A stretch of DNA of 64,000 bases from a virus (taxonomy: Duplodnaviria; Heunggongvirae; Uroviricota; Caudoviricetes), in the IMG/VR virus record IMGVR_UViG_3300021431_000002; one strand, written 5' to 3'. The notes beneath the pieces are model-generated. The model searched no databases. It was given only the letters and a program-made list of their open reading frames with translations, and was not told where the DNA came from. Shown here in pieces: positions 37,645-46,927 of this stretch; the stretch's first letter is position 1, and each line of letters starts with the position of its first letter. Made by a program: the position numbers and the translations under genes.

Positions 37645-38140
37645 TTTTATCCTCTATTTTTTCTTCGTTATTATTTGGCGTATTTCCTTGATTCTGTGGC
37701 TGATTTTTTAAACTATCAATGTATTGCATAATTATTGGACTGTTGCCAATAAATTCGCCCATATTTGAAAGTTTATGTTTATAACAATTAGAAGATTCAT
37801 CGTCATCAATTTCTTGTACCCATTTTTCAAAATTTTTATCCAAGTCTCTAATTATATTTGGTTTAGCCCTTTTCCTAACTTGATTTTCAATAAATTCTCC
37901 CCTTCTTTTTTTACTTGGGTAGAAAACGTCATAATCAATATTTTGTTCATTGAACAATTCCCTGACATTTTCAGATGCTGGAATAAAAACAATATCATAA
38001 TCGTCAACCACACCCATTACTTCATTAACGATACTATCTAAATTTACGCTGCTAGCATCAAATATTTTCGCTTTATCGCCATAAGTGTTGTTTAAAAATG
38101 ATTTACCGCATCCAATAAAACTGCTAATTATTATTCCCAT
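37637..38140 (-). CDS. P-loop NTPase/kinase-like protein
   Basis: IIISSFIGCGKS degenerate Walker A. Confidence 0.55.
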   Translation of the reverse strand: MGIIISSFIGCGKSFLNNTYGDKAKIFDASSVNLDSIVNEVMGVVDDYDIVFIPASENVRELFNEQNIDYDVFYPSKKRRGEFIENQVRKRAKPNIIRDLDKNFEKWVQEIDDDESSNCYKHKLSNMGEFIGNSPIIMQYIDSLKNQPQNQGNTPNNNEEKIEDKND

Positions 38141-38289
38141 ACACTGTAGTCAAAATCTTTCATTTTAGAATGGTCTTCAAATAAACCCTCCAAATTATTT
38201 TCAATGCTAGAATTTGATTTTTCTCTCTTAATTCTGTTAAATATTTCCTTTTGCATTTCAAGTTGCATTTCCTTTTTCGTCTTGTCCAT
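38131..38289 (-). CDS. Small hypothetical protein (52 aa, not in the ORF track)
   Basis: MDKTKKEMQLEMQKEIF...DYSVWE fills the gap and overlaps both neighbours. Confidence 0.45.
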   Translation of the reverse strand: MDKTKKEMQLEMQKEIFNRIKREKSNSSIENNLEGLFEDHSKMKDFDYSVWE

Positions 38290-38563
38290 TTTTTTCTAAC
38301 CTTTCTTTTAATCTAGTTAGTTTATAATCTTTTTCTGTTTCAAAGTCCTCATAATTCATTAATGTTGCAATCTGTTCTACCATAATAGAGACATCTGCAA
38401 GTTCAGTCATCACGTCATAATGGCTAGCCCTACCTCTTTTGAATCTACTTAAAGCAGTCAGCAATTCTCCAACTTCCTCATAAACCATATTAACTTGCGC
38501 TTCTTCGCCCCATTTAGAAAGGGCTTTCTGATAAAGTTCTATCCTCTTATCTTTCTCCATCAC
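38258..38563 (-). CDS. MazG-like NTP pyrophosphohydrolase
   Basis: EEVGEL...ELADV motif. Confidence 0.8.
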   Translation of the reverse strand: MMEKDKRIELYQKALSKWGEEAQVNMVYEEVGELLTALSRFKRGRASHYDVMTELADVSIMVEQIATLMNYEDFETEKDYKLTRLKERLEKNGQDEKGNAT

Positions 38564-39035
38564 TTATAAAATTTTTGCCTTCTGTGTAAAGTTGTTTACC
38601 AACCGCTTCCAATGCAGAGCATATTGTATTGAAACTAGCCTCAGATAATGTAACGTCTTTCTCACAGATTATCTTATCTTTATTATCTTTCATTGTAAAC
38701 TTTCCATTGTCATAAAAAACAAAAATGCCATCTTCCATGCGGAATGTCAACTCCCCATCTAGAGTTGCAAGGTCAGCATTTTCTAGCTTTTCATATTCAT
38801 ATCCCTTAGATTTAACGTACTCATTCAGTGCTTTGCCTTGGGAGGATGCATCACGGAATAAAAGGTAATCTCTTACGTCCACTTTATCATACTGGTATTG
38901 TGTGCCATTATTGAATACGACCTTTAATGTCTTCAATTCATTGTCATGGTCTATACATTCAGAATACCTAATATTGCTACTTTGATACCAAGTTTTGTCA
39001 GTATCATTTGCGTAAAAATTAAAAATTTTACTCAT
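38547..39035 (-). CDS. KTSC domain protein
   Basis: SSNI...LKVVFNNGTQYQY..V...SQGKALN. Confidence 0.75.
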   Translation of the reverse strand: MSKIFNFYANDTDKTWYQSSNIRYSECIDHDNELKTLKVVFNNGTQYQYDKVDVRDYLLFRDASSQGKALNEYVKSKGYEYEKLENADLATLDGELTFRMEDGIFVFYDNGKFTMKDNKDKIICEKDVTLSEASFNTICSALEAVGKQLYTEGKNFISDGER

Positions 39036-40137
39036 AACTTTGTCTGTCTATTGCTTTTACTACTGGAAATCTAAGTAAACCGTCATTTGTCACCCCAAAA
39101 TAACAAACTGTTGCCATTTTACCCATATACTTTTCCTTATTTTCTAATATTTCTTTACATTTTTCATCCGTGAATGCTAACGTTGCATTACAAATTTTAT
39201 CATTTTTCAATTTTATTGTAAAACTTTCAGCAATTGTTTGATTTTTGCCAATATTCACGTCAATTATTTCAAATTCATCATCTAGGAATTCTTTATATTT
39301 TAATAAATTTTTACTTCTTTTATGCTCATAAGGCGCATCAGTCCTTATTATTGCTCCTTCATACCCATCTTTTCTAAATTCATCGAAATATTTGTCAGCA
39401 TCCTCTCTAGATTTAATTTCAAATGTTGGTACAACCACAACATTTTTCATGTTCGATAAATTATTTTTTATGAATTCTGACCTTTCTGAAAAACTTATTT
39501 CTTCGTTATCATCAAACCAAACATCATACACATAATATTTTACTTTTGATTCAATTTCTTTTTTGTCATTTTCAGTAAGTTTCTTCTTTCTCACTAAAGA
39601 AACAATTTTATTGAAATCATCATGTAATTCATGGTTATACAACTCACCATCCAAATGTATGTTTTTGTTGCTTTCTAGTAATTCTTTGACATCTTTTTCG
39701 ATGTGTTGTGTTGTTTCAAATAACATATTATGCCTACTCAAAGATTGAATTTCACCAGTATTACAAGATATATTGCATCTTATTCCATCTAATTTTGGCT
39801 GAATGAATTTCATTTCTTTCTTATAATTCCCATCATATTTTTTCGCTAACATTGGTGGATTGAATGTTACATTATATATATCTTCAATAGAAAGAACAAA
39901 ACCTTCACGGTCTCTTTTCTTTTTCCACAGTGATGAAGCCTCAAGAACCGCTTGCTGCTCATTGTTTGTCTCGTTTGAACGCCCAATATTCTTAGCTTCG
40001 CAATAAACTTTATCTGATATTTGATTTACGCCATTAATGTTGCCAAACTCAGTCCAATAATAATTGTTTTCCACAAATATACTCCATTTGTTTATTGCAC
40101 CAGTGGCTGTTTGTTTGTACAAAGTCGGAAATTCCAT
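39028..40137 (-). CDS. ATP-dependent DNA ligase
   Basis: PMLAK, QPKLDGIR, LDGELY, YDV, GYEGAIIR, LLKYK, LRFP. Confidence 0.92.
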   Translation of the reverse strand: MEFPTLYKQTATGAINKWSIFVENNYYWTEFGNINGVNQISDKVYCEAKNIGRSNETNNEQQAVLEASSLWKKKRDREGFVLSIEDIYNVTFNPPMLAKKYDGNYKKEMKFIQPKLDGIRCNISCNTGEIQSLSRHNMLFETTQHIEKDVKELLESNKNIHLDGELYNHELHDDFNKIVSLVRKKKLTENDKKEIESKVKYYVYDVWFDDNEEISFSERSEFIKNNLSNMKNVVVVPTFEIKSREDADKYFDEFRKDGYEGAIIRTDAPYEHKRSKNLLKYKEFLDDEFEIIDVNIGKNQTIAESFTIKLKNDKICNATLAFTDEKCKEILENKEKYMGKMATVCYFGVTNDGLLRFPVVKAIDRQSYE

Positions 40138-40148
40138 ATTTTTTATTG

Positions 40149-40180
40149 CAAAGATATGTAAAAAAAATTAAAAAAACAAG
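40149..40180 (-). promoter_or_regulatory. Bacteroidota sigmaA-type promoter
   Basis: CTTG-N20-TATCTTTG upstream of the ligase operon. Confidence 0.7.
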
Positions 40181-40239
40181 TAATCCTGTTTAAAAAGCAT
40201 AAAATTGCGTTATATTTTAAATGTAACTATTAAAAAATT

Positions 40240-42747
40240 ATGAGTAGATTTAGAGAAGAAGATTACACAAAAGAGTTTAACGAGGTGATGAATTATATGT
40301 CAAACACCTTGTACAATGAATTTCCTACCGACACTATAACATTAGAATACTTGATTCTTTCCATTCTAGACAATAGGAATAGTCATGCAAACATGATTCT
40401 AGATAATTGTTTAATGTCGGATAACATTGAGGAACTTAGGAAAATATATGTATCTGTGCTCGATAAGCATATGAAGCCCCAGCTTAAAATGGATAACGCT
40501 CAATTTAATGACGAGTTAATTAAAGCAATCGAAGAATCAAAAAATGAGGCAGAAAAACTTGGGTCACCGATTATAGGAACTGAACATTTGCTATTGGCGA
40601 TTTTAAACAAGGAAAATGGTTTTTCAGAAACAGAAGTTTTTGATAAATTTAGATTGGAGTATGATTTCATTTTCAATAAATGCCATATATCAATGGATAA
40701 TAAAAAACAAATAAAAGAAACAAAACCGAAAAAATTACAAACAAAAAAAATTTCCAATAAAAAAAATAATATGCCATTAAAAAGTGAGGTGAATACAAAA
40801 ATTATATCTACAAATTCTTCAAATGAATTTGTTGAACAATATACAACTAGTCTAAATAAATTGGCATTGGATGGCAAAATTGATGAAATCGTTGGAAGAG
40901 AACAAGAAATCAACGAAATAATAAAGGTTTTGTCTAGAAGAAAGAAAAATAATGCTGTATTAGTAGGAGAAGGCGGTTGTGGAAAAACAGCAATTGTGTA
41001 TGGTATAGCCAATATGATTGTTAACGGTGATGTTCCTGAAATCTTGGATGGAAAAGAGATAGTAATGCTTAATCCTATGGCATTGGTCAGCGGAACTCAT
41101 TTTAGGGGAATGTTTGAGGAAAGAATTAACGGCTTGTTTACTGAACTTAAAAAAAGCAGTAAATATATTTTGTTCATTGATGATATACACACTGTGCTGA
41201 AAAACGGGAGTAAAGAAAGGGATACAGATATTAGTGGAATGATTGGAGAGGCATTATCCGAGGGTTCAATTAAAATAATTGGCGCAACAACATTCAAAGA
41301 TTATAGGAATTCAATTGAAAGTAATTCGTCTCTATCTAGGAAGTTCCAAAAAATTATTATCGACCCAGTTAGTAATGCAGAAGCAGTCAAAATATTGACC
41401 AATAACAAAAAATATTACGAAGAGTATCATAATGTGCAATATACTGAAAAAGCAATAAAAAAGGCTGTTGACCTAGCAGAAAGGTATATTACAGATAGGA
41501 CACTGCCAGATTCAGCATTTGATATTATTGACTTGGCTGGAGCAAATACCTCTTTGATTGACAGAGAACCAATAGAAATACAAAACATCAAAAAAAGAAT
41601 CAAAGAAATACAAAATGAAAAGGAGAATTCATTAAACAACGGAGATTTTGAAAAGATTGATGTTTTGAATGCTGAAGAAAATGTATTGAATGCAGATGTT
41701 GCCGATTATAGAAGAAGTAATCATAAAGATTCAATTGAACAAATCGTAATTAATGAAGATACAATATCTAATGTTGTCTCAGAAATAACTAAGATACCTG
41801 TATCAAAATTGTCTTCATCAGAAAAAAGTAAAATCGCACATATTGATGACACATTGAAAAAGAGTATCATTGGTCAAGATGAGGCAATTGATAGCGTATG
41901 TAGGGTAATTAAAAGGAATAAAGTCGGTCTTGGGGATAAAACTAAAACAATGGCAAACATCCTTATGGTTGGTCCAACTGGAAGTGGTAAAACACTTATT
42001 GCTAAAAAACTAGCGGAAGAAATATTTGGCGATGAAAAAGCATTGATTAGAATAGATATGTCAGAATATTCAGAGAAAAATTCTGTTTCTAAACTTACGG
42101 GAGCAGCCCCAGGATATGTCGGTTATGAAAATGGTGGACAACTCACAGAAGCCATCAAGCATAAGCAGCATTGTGTTCTTCTTCTAGATGAGATTGAAAA
42201 GGCTGACCAAGAGGTTTATAACGTATTCTTACAACTATTCGATGAAGGCAGACTAACTGATAGTGCTGGACAGATTGTTAATTTCAAAAACGTTATTGTC
42301 CTTATGACATCTAACATAGGTGCTAGAAAAGCCGCTGAATTAGGAAATGGGTTGGGGTTTGTCAGCAACGAAGACTCAAATAAAAAGTCGATTATTGATA
42401 AAGAACTGAAAAAGAAATTTACTCCAGAATTTATAAATAGAATTGACCAAATAGTATATTTTAATAATTTAACAGATGATAATTTAAAAAATATAGTTAA
42501 ATTAGAAATAAATAAATTCAATAATAGATTAAATAATATAGAATATAATATAGAGTATACTGATGATGTAGTAAACTATATACATGCAGAAGCAATCAAG
42601 AAAAAGGATTTGGGAGCAAGACCAATTATAAGGCTAATACAAACAAACATTGAAGATAAAATCACAGAACTTATGCTCACAAACGATTATGAACCGAAAT
42701 ATGTGTTCCATGCTTCTTGCGAAAATGATGAAATTGTAATTAAATGA
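40240..42747 (+). CDS. ClpB/ClpC-family AAA+ chaperone ATPase
   Basis: Clp-N (GTEHLLLA); two NBDs (GEGGCGKT/FIDDIH and GPTGSGKT/LLDEIEKA); RIDMSEY, PPGY-like APGYVGY, GARP. Confidence 0.92.
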   Translation: MSRFREEDYTKEFNEVMNYMSNTLYNEFPTDTITLEYLILSILDNRNSHANMILDNCLMSDNIEELRKIYVSVLDKHMKPQLKMDNAQFNDELIKAIEESKNEAEKLGSPIIGTEHLLLAILNKENGFSETEVFDKFRLEYDFIFNKCHISMDNKKQIKETKPKKLQTKKISNKKNNMPLKSEVNTKIISTNSSNEFVEQYTTSLNKLALDGKIDEIVGREQEINEIIKVLSRRKKNNAVLVGEGGCGKTAIVYGIANMIVNGDVPEILDGKEIVMLNPMALVSGTHFRGMFEERINGLFTELKKSSKYILFIDDIHTVLKNGSKERDTDISGMIGEALSEGSIKIIGATTFKDYRNSIESNSSLSRKFQKIIIDPVSNAEAVKILTNNKKYYEEYHNVQYTEKAIKKAVDLAERYITDRTLPDSAFDIIDLAGANTSLIDREPIEIQNIKKRIKEIQNEKENSLNNGDFEKIDVLNAEENVLNADVADYRRSNHKDSIEQIVINEDTISNVVSEITKIPVSKLSSSEKSKIAHIDDTLKKSIIGQDEAIDSVCRVIKRNKVGLGDKTKTMANILMVGPTGSGKTLIAKKLAEEIFGDEKALIRIDMSEYSEKNSVSKLTGAAPGYVGYENGGQLTEAIKHKQHCVLLLDEIEKADQEVYNVFLQLFDEGRLTDSAGQIVNFKNVIVLMTSNIGARKAAELGNGLGFVSNEDSNKKSIIDKELKKKFTPEFINRIDQIVYFNNLTDDNLKNIVKLEINKFNNRLNNIEYNIEYTDDVVNYIHAEAIKKKDLGARPIIRLIQTNIEDKITELMLTNDYEPKYVFHASCENDEIVIK

Positions 42748-42858
42748 CATTTCTCTCATAATTCAAATATTTTATAGTTAAACTGAAGGGGGAAGCGATT
42801 TATCAAAACAATAACTTCCCCTAATTTTTTTTAAAAATAAGCAAAATATATTAAAAAT

Positions 42859-42890
42859 TTTGGATATTTCAATTTTTTTTCATATATTTG
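42859..42890 (+). promoter_or_regulatory. Bacteroidota sigmaA-type promoter
   Basis: TTTG-N20-TATATTTG. Confidence 0.75.
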
Positions 42891-42912
42891 CATCCGTAAA
42901 TCGTAATCTCTT

Positions 42913-43485
42913 ATGATGATAGATTTATGCAACAAACTCATAGACAATGATTTAACGAGAAAAGAGTTGTTGGAACGTGTAGAAATACGCAAAACATCGG
43001 AAAAAGATTTAGAACAGATTTGTAAGACCTTGGCAAAGTCATTTAATCTTAGTTCAGAATTTGAAGCATTATTTCAATTAGAAAACTCAAAGGCAATATT
43101 AAATGAATCAATAAAACTAGTAGATAAAGAAACAGACGATATATATGGCTTGTTGATTTTCACTGAATATCCAATTGATAAGGGTTCTCCTATACGAATG
43201 GTAGAAAGTGGCATCACACAATATTTAAGTGATTATAAACAAGTAAACGGTCATTCATTCATTATTGATGAACGCCTAAGAAACAGTGGGCTAGATAAAA
43301 AAATGTTACATTTCAATGTGGATTTTTTAATCGAAAACTATGATTTCATCTGGATTGGTATCGAAGAATCTCTGAGGTCGAAATCCTATTGGAAAAGATT
43401 AGGGTTTGTAGAAATCTTCACAATACCAGAAGCAAGTTTTTATCTTATGCCATTAAGCAAAAAAATGATTAACGAATATTTATAA
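42913..43485 (+). CDS. GNAT-family acetyltransferase
   Basis: IDERLRNSGLDKKML and YWKRLGF motifs. Confidence 0.75.
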   Translation: MMIDLCNKLIDNDLTRKELLERVEIRKTSEKDLEQICKTLAKSFNLSSEFEALFQLENSKAILNESIKLVDKETDDIYGLLIFTEYPIDKGSPIRMVESGITQYLSDYKQVNGHSFIIDERLRNSGLDKKMLHFNVDFLIENYDFIWIGIEESLRSKSYWKRLGFVEIFTIPEASFYLMPLSKKMINEYL

Positions 43486-43501
43486 TAAATGTACATTCGT
43501 T

Positions 43502-43852
43502 ATGAAAACAATTATATTGTCTGAAAATGGATTTAGAAAAATAAACAACACAATAATCGAAGAGTCCTACAGCGATAAAATTGAACTAGTTAAAAAATAT
43601 CTAGATAACAATTTTATGAGAGCCACTTTTGAAAAAGATGGAGAAAATGTAGGAATCTTCGTGAAATTGAGTAATCATCTTCCAACTGAGAAATCTTATT
43701 GGAAGCAAGACGTATTAGACATATTAGACAAAGAATTTAATAATACAATAACTGATAAAAAAGAAAGAGACGGATTTCTAAGCCAATTACTAGATGATTG
43801 GTATAATAACAAAATTAGTAAGTATGGAAGTCTGTCAGCATACAATTTTTAA
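43502..43852 (+). CDS. Putative late/head protein with leader-like start
   Basis: MKTIILSEN...IIEES; TATTTATA at 43477-43484 on the same strand. Confidence 0.65.
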   Translation: MKTIILSENGFRKINNTIIEESYSDKIELVKKYLDNNFMRATFEKDGENVGIFVKLSNHLPTEKSYWKQDVLDILDKEFNNTITDKKERDGFLSQLLDDWYNNKISKYGSLSAYNF

Positions 43853-43939
43853 TAACTAAGAGGATGTGGTAACGTAACTCGCTCTCACATATCGTTACCC
43901 AATCAACCATTATTAGTTGAGCCTCACATAAAATTTAGA

Positions 43940-44374
43940 ATGATGAGAATAGTAAAAAAATTAATTTTAACGTGTTTAATGTCGATTCTTGTGTTGACAG
44001 TAAATGCACAAGCAAAAAAAATGTATGATTGGACAAAAATAATGAATGCCATCATACAAGTAGAAAGTAAAGGAAATAGTAAAGCGTACAATGCAAATGG
44101 TGACTGTGTTGGAATTTTGCAAATTACGCCAATACTAGTGAAACAATGCAACATTTGGTTGAAAAACCAAAAATCTCAGAAACGATATACTTTGCAAGAT
44201 AGGTATGACGTTGAAAAATCGAAGGAAATGTTTATCATGATACAAGAACATTATAATCCTTCACATAGTGTTGAAAAAGCGATAAGACTTTGGAATGGAG
44301 GACCTAGTTACACAATTAAAGGTACTAATGGTTACTATAAGAAAGTTATGAAATATTATAATGGGAGCAACTAG
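43940..44374 (+). CDS. Lytic transglycosylase/lysozyme-fold protein with signal peptide (candidate endolysin)
   Basis: IIQVESKG (catalytic Glu), GILQI, IRLWNGGP; hydrophobic N-terminus with AQA. Confidence 0.8.
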   Translation: MMRIVKKLILTCLMSILVLTVNAQAKKMYDWTKIMNAIIQVESKGNSKAYNANGDCVGILQITPILVKQCNIWLKNQKSQKRYTLQDRYDVEKSKEMFIMIQEHYNPSHSVEKAIRLWNGGPSYTIKGTNGYYKKVMKYYNGSN

Positions 44375-44405
44375 CCCCCATTTTTTGTTTATTTAACATT
44401 CAATA

Positions 44406-44437
44406 TTTGTATTTTAAAAAGGATACTTATATATTTG
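44406..44437 (+). promoter_or_regulatory. Bacteroidota sigmaA-type promoter (ATG only 4 bp downstream)
   Basis: TTTG-N20-TATATTTG. Confidence 0.7.
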
Positions 44438-44441
44438 CATT

Positions 44442-44762
44442 ATGGAAACGATACAATTAGAATTATTTGATGAGAAGTCACAATTAATCACCAAAATAAA
44501 ATTTATGAATGGTTGGGTTTTAGTGGATAATCGTGATAGAGACATTAAAATTAGTGTAGGATTAAAACACCATTATCCTTTGGTTGTAAACTTAAAAGAA
44601 GAAAAAATATATGATTCTACTTGCGGTGAATCTCGAATTTTACCAACTGATATATACGCTAAAAAAATTAATATAAAACACTATATCCAAGTTTCAAATG
44701 TGTTGAGACTACAAAAAATGATATATAACAAAAAGAAATTTCAATTGGAAATAAAAAAATGA
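44442..44762 (+). CDS. Hypothetical protein
   Basis: 106-aa ORF after a promoter. Confidence 0.6.
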   Translation: METIQLELFDEKSQLITKIKFMNGWVLVDNRDRDIKISVGLKHHYPLVVNLKEEKIYDSTCGESRILPTDIYAKKINIKHYIQVSNVLRLQKMIYNKKKFQLEIKK

Positions 44763-44768
44763 GGAAAA

Positions 44769-45221
44769 CTATCTTTTCCTCATTTTATATTGATTGATTT
44801 TTTTACTACCAAAAGCCAAGTCATCGTAATTTTTTACGCCACTGTTTGCCTTTGATTGTCTTGGGAACTCTTTGAAGTTTCTAGCGGCATTTGGTGTATT
44901 AAGCCATCTATCTGTCGTGTTTTTTTGGTTTAAACCATCAATACTATCAAAATTTTCTGAATCATTATCAACGCTGTTACCCATTCTATCAGACATCATA
45001 TCACGCATGGTTGAACCAGTTATATTGCGAATCATTGGGTCATTCATTTGTGAATATGCGCTAGAAAGCCCCAAGTCATTTATGTTTTGGTTGCCATCTA
45101 GCTCAATATCCATAATGTCATCTTGATATTTGCTATATGCACCCTCTCTAATGATTCTTTTAACTGATTTTTCTATTATATTTTTTAAATCCGACTCTGT
45201 TAATCTAATAATTTTTCTCAT
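44769..45221 (-). CDS. Putative internal head protein with leader motif
   Basis: MRKIIRLTESDLKNIIEKSVKRIIRE leader. Confidence 0.7.
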   Translation of the reverse strand: MRKIIRLTESDLKNIIEKSVKRIIREGAYSKYQDDIMDIELDGNQNINDLGLSSAYSQMNDPMIRNITGSTMRDMMSDRMGNSVDNDSENFDSIDGLNQKNTTDRWLNTPNAARNFKEFPRQSKANSGVKNYDDLAFGSKKINQYKMRKR

Positions 45222-45289
45222 AGTAACTAATTTTTTTAATAGGGTATTTCCTATTCTTTATTGGAAAATCCCTATTTTTACATAAATAC

Positions 45290-45321
45290 CTTGTTTTTCA
45301 TAAAAAAATTAAATATCTTTG
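45290..45321 (+). promoter_or_regulatory. Bacteroidota sigmaA-type promoter
   Basis: CTTG-N20-TATCTTTG. Confidence 0.7.
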
Positions 45322-45344
45322 CAATAGTTATAAAAAAAGTGATT

Positions 45345-45824
45345 ATGAAAAAGATTATTAGTATTTTAATTGCGCTAGTAATGTGTGTGTCATTATCATC
45401 TTGTATCACAACAGCGCAAGCACAAGATGATGGGGTTTATGGTGATAACGTTGACATCAGTATAGTTATCTCAAATGGAACTCCTTATTATAATAGTAGT
45501 GGTCTTTTACTATACTATATATACCGTGATTATTATTATTATCCATTCTATTACAATAATAGGTATTATTTTCATAGGTATCATAGACCATTACCTCCAT
45601 CTAGGATGAATAGGTATAGACCAATCCCAAGAGATTTTTATAGGCATAGACCACCACATAGATACTATGTAACACCTCCTAACAGAAGTACATACCATAT
45701 TAGGTCAAATTTTAATCACAGACCAAATATAGGTAATCATAGGTATGGTAATGGGAACTTTGGAAGACAACAAATGCATAAAACTCAACCTAGAAATGGC
45801 GGCAGATTCGGTGGAAGGAGGTAA
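45345..45824 (+). CDS. Lipoprotein with Tyr/Arg/Pro/His-rich low-complexity tail
   Basis: MKKIISILIALVMCVSLSSC signal with lipobox; start moved to 45345. Confidence 0.7.
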   Translation: MKKIISILIALVMCVSLSSCITTAQAQDDGVYGDNVDISIVISNGTPYYNSSGLLLYYIYRDYYYYPFYYNNRYYFHRYHRPLPPSRMNRYRPIPRDFYRHRPPHRYYVTPPNRSTYHIRSNFNHRPNIGNHRYGNGNFGRQQMHKTQPRNGGRFGGRR

Positions 45825-45858
45825 ATATTAAAAAATATTAAAAAAAAATTCTGTAAAA

Positions 45859-45890
45859 TTTGGAAGTTTGGGAAAAAACTTATATATTTG
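45859..45890 (+). promoter_or_regulatory. Bacteroidota sigmaA-type promoter
   Basis: TTTG-N20-TATATTTG. Confidence 0.75.
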
Positions 45891-45940
45891 CAATATCAAA
45901 CTTAGAAAAAGATATTAACGTTACAAATTTAATTTAGATT

Positions 45941-46453
45941 ATGGAAGCAAAAATTTTTGTTATCGCTTTCCCAACTATGGAAACAGTTGTGGAGAAAATT
46001 AGTTCAGCACTTGATGAGGCTTTTAACGTAAAGCCAAAAAAGGCTGAGAAGTGTAAGGAAAAAGAGGCTTGCAAGCCTAAGTGTTGTGAGCGTGACTTTA
46101 CGCCACCAAGATTTAAGAATCACAGTTTTATGCCACCAGCACCAATTCCACAATGGGGTGTTTGCGGAGAAGAGGCAAACGATGACCTTCGTTTCGGGGC
46201 TGAATTTGCTGTAGATGAACCACGCTGTGAAGACTATGACAAGCGTTGGCAGTTTGAAAGTGACCACGAAGCATTCGACCGCTTTGTAGAGGCTGGTGAG
46301 GATTGTGTTGCAAGAGGTCTTGCAAGACCAGAAGGCGTTACAGCGCACAGATGCAATGCAGTACGTAAAAAGTTGAATGAAGCACCTCCAATGAATTTGG
46401 ACTTGATTGGAGAGACACATTGGTGGGAGACTTTTGAAGATTTTGATTTTTAA
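45941..46453 (+). CDS. Hypothetical Cys-containing early protein
   Basis: 170 aa with its own promoter and terminator. Confidence 0.7.
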   Translation: MEAKIFVIAFPTMETVVEKISSALDEAFNVKPKKAEKCKEKEACKPKCCERDFTPPRFKNHSFMPPAPIPQWGVCGEEANDDLRFGAEFAVDEPRCEDYDKRWQFESDHEAFDRFVEAGEDCVARGLARPEGVTAHRCNAVRKKLNEAPPMNLDLIGETHWWETFEDFDF

Positions 46454-46461
46454 CCTAATTT

Positions 46462-46490
46462 AACGTGAAAGATTTTGAATCTTTCACGTT
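46462..46490 (+). terminator. Intrinsic terminator overlapping the next promoter
   Basis: AACGTGAAAGATT...AATCTTTCACGTT followed by a T-run. Confidence 0.75.
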
Positions 46491-46705
46491 TTTTTATATT
46501 TTTGCAATATGAGTAAAAAATTAGAGTATTTTTTATTAGATAGCCCTCTTTTACCTTGGAGTTTTTTTATATCCGTTAAACTGTGGAAAAAACTATGTAT
46601 TAGGAAGCATAAACTAGCTAAAAAGTTGGGAATATATGATTATACGAAAATTTGAATTCGAGAATATAACCAAAGATTTCGTATCGGATAAACAAATAAT
46701 TAAAA

Positions 46706-46927
46706 ATGAAAAATCAATGGAGTAAACCTATAGTTTTAAAAACTTATAAATACAAAGGCTTTATAATAGAGTATTGGGAACAATCATTTTCAACAAATTA
46801 TTCTGTTGTATGGCATCATGAATTTGTGGGTTTTAAAAATGGAGAAAGAGTAACAAGTGAATTAAATCAACATCGTAGATATACTGATTGTATTAACGAA
46901 ATTAAAAACATTATAATAAATGGGTAA
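46706..46927 (+). CDS. Small hypothetical protein
   Basis: 73-aa ORF overlapping the next start. Confidence 0.55.
   Translation: MKNQWSKPIVLKTYKYKGFIIEYWEQSFSTNYSVVWHHEFVGFKNGERVTSELNQHRRYTDCINEIKNIIING

Noticed and set aside
42788-42822. GGGGAAG...CTTCCCC hairpin with a long loop as a possible ncRNA
   Set aside because: It follows the Clp gene and precedes a T-run, so it is most simply its terminator.
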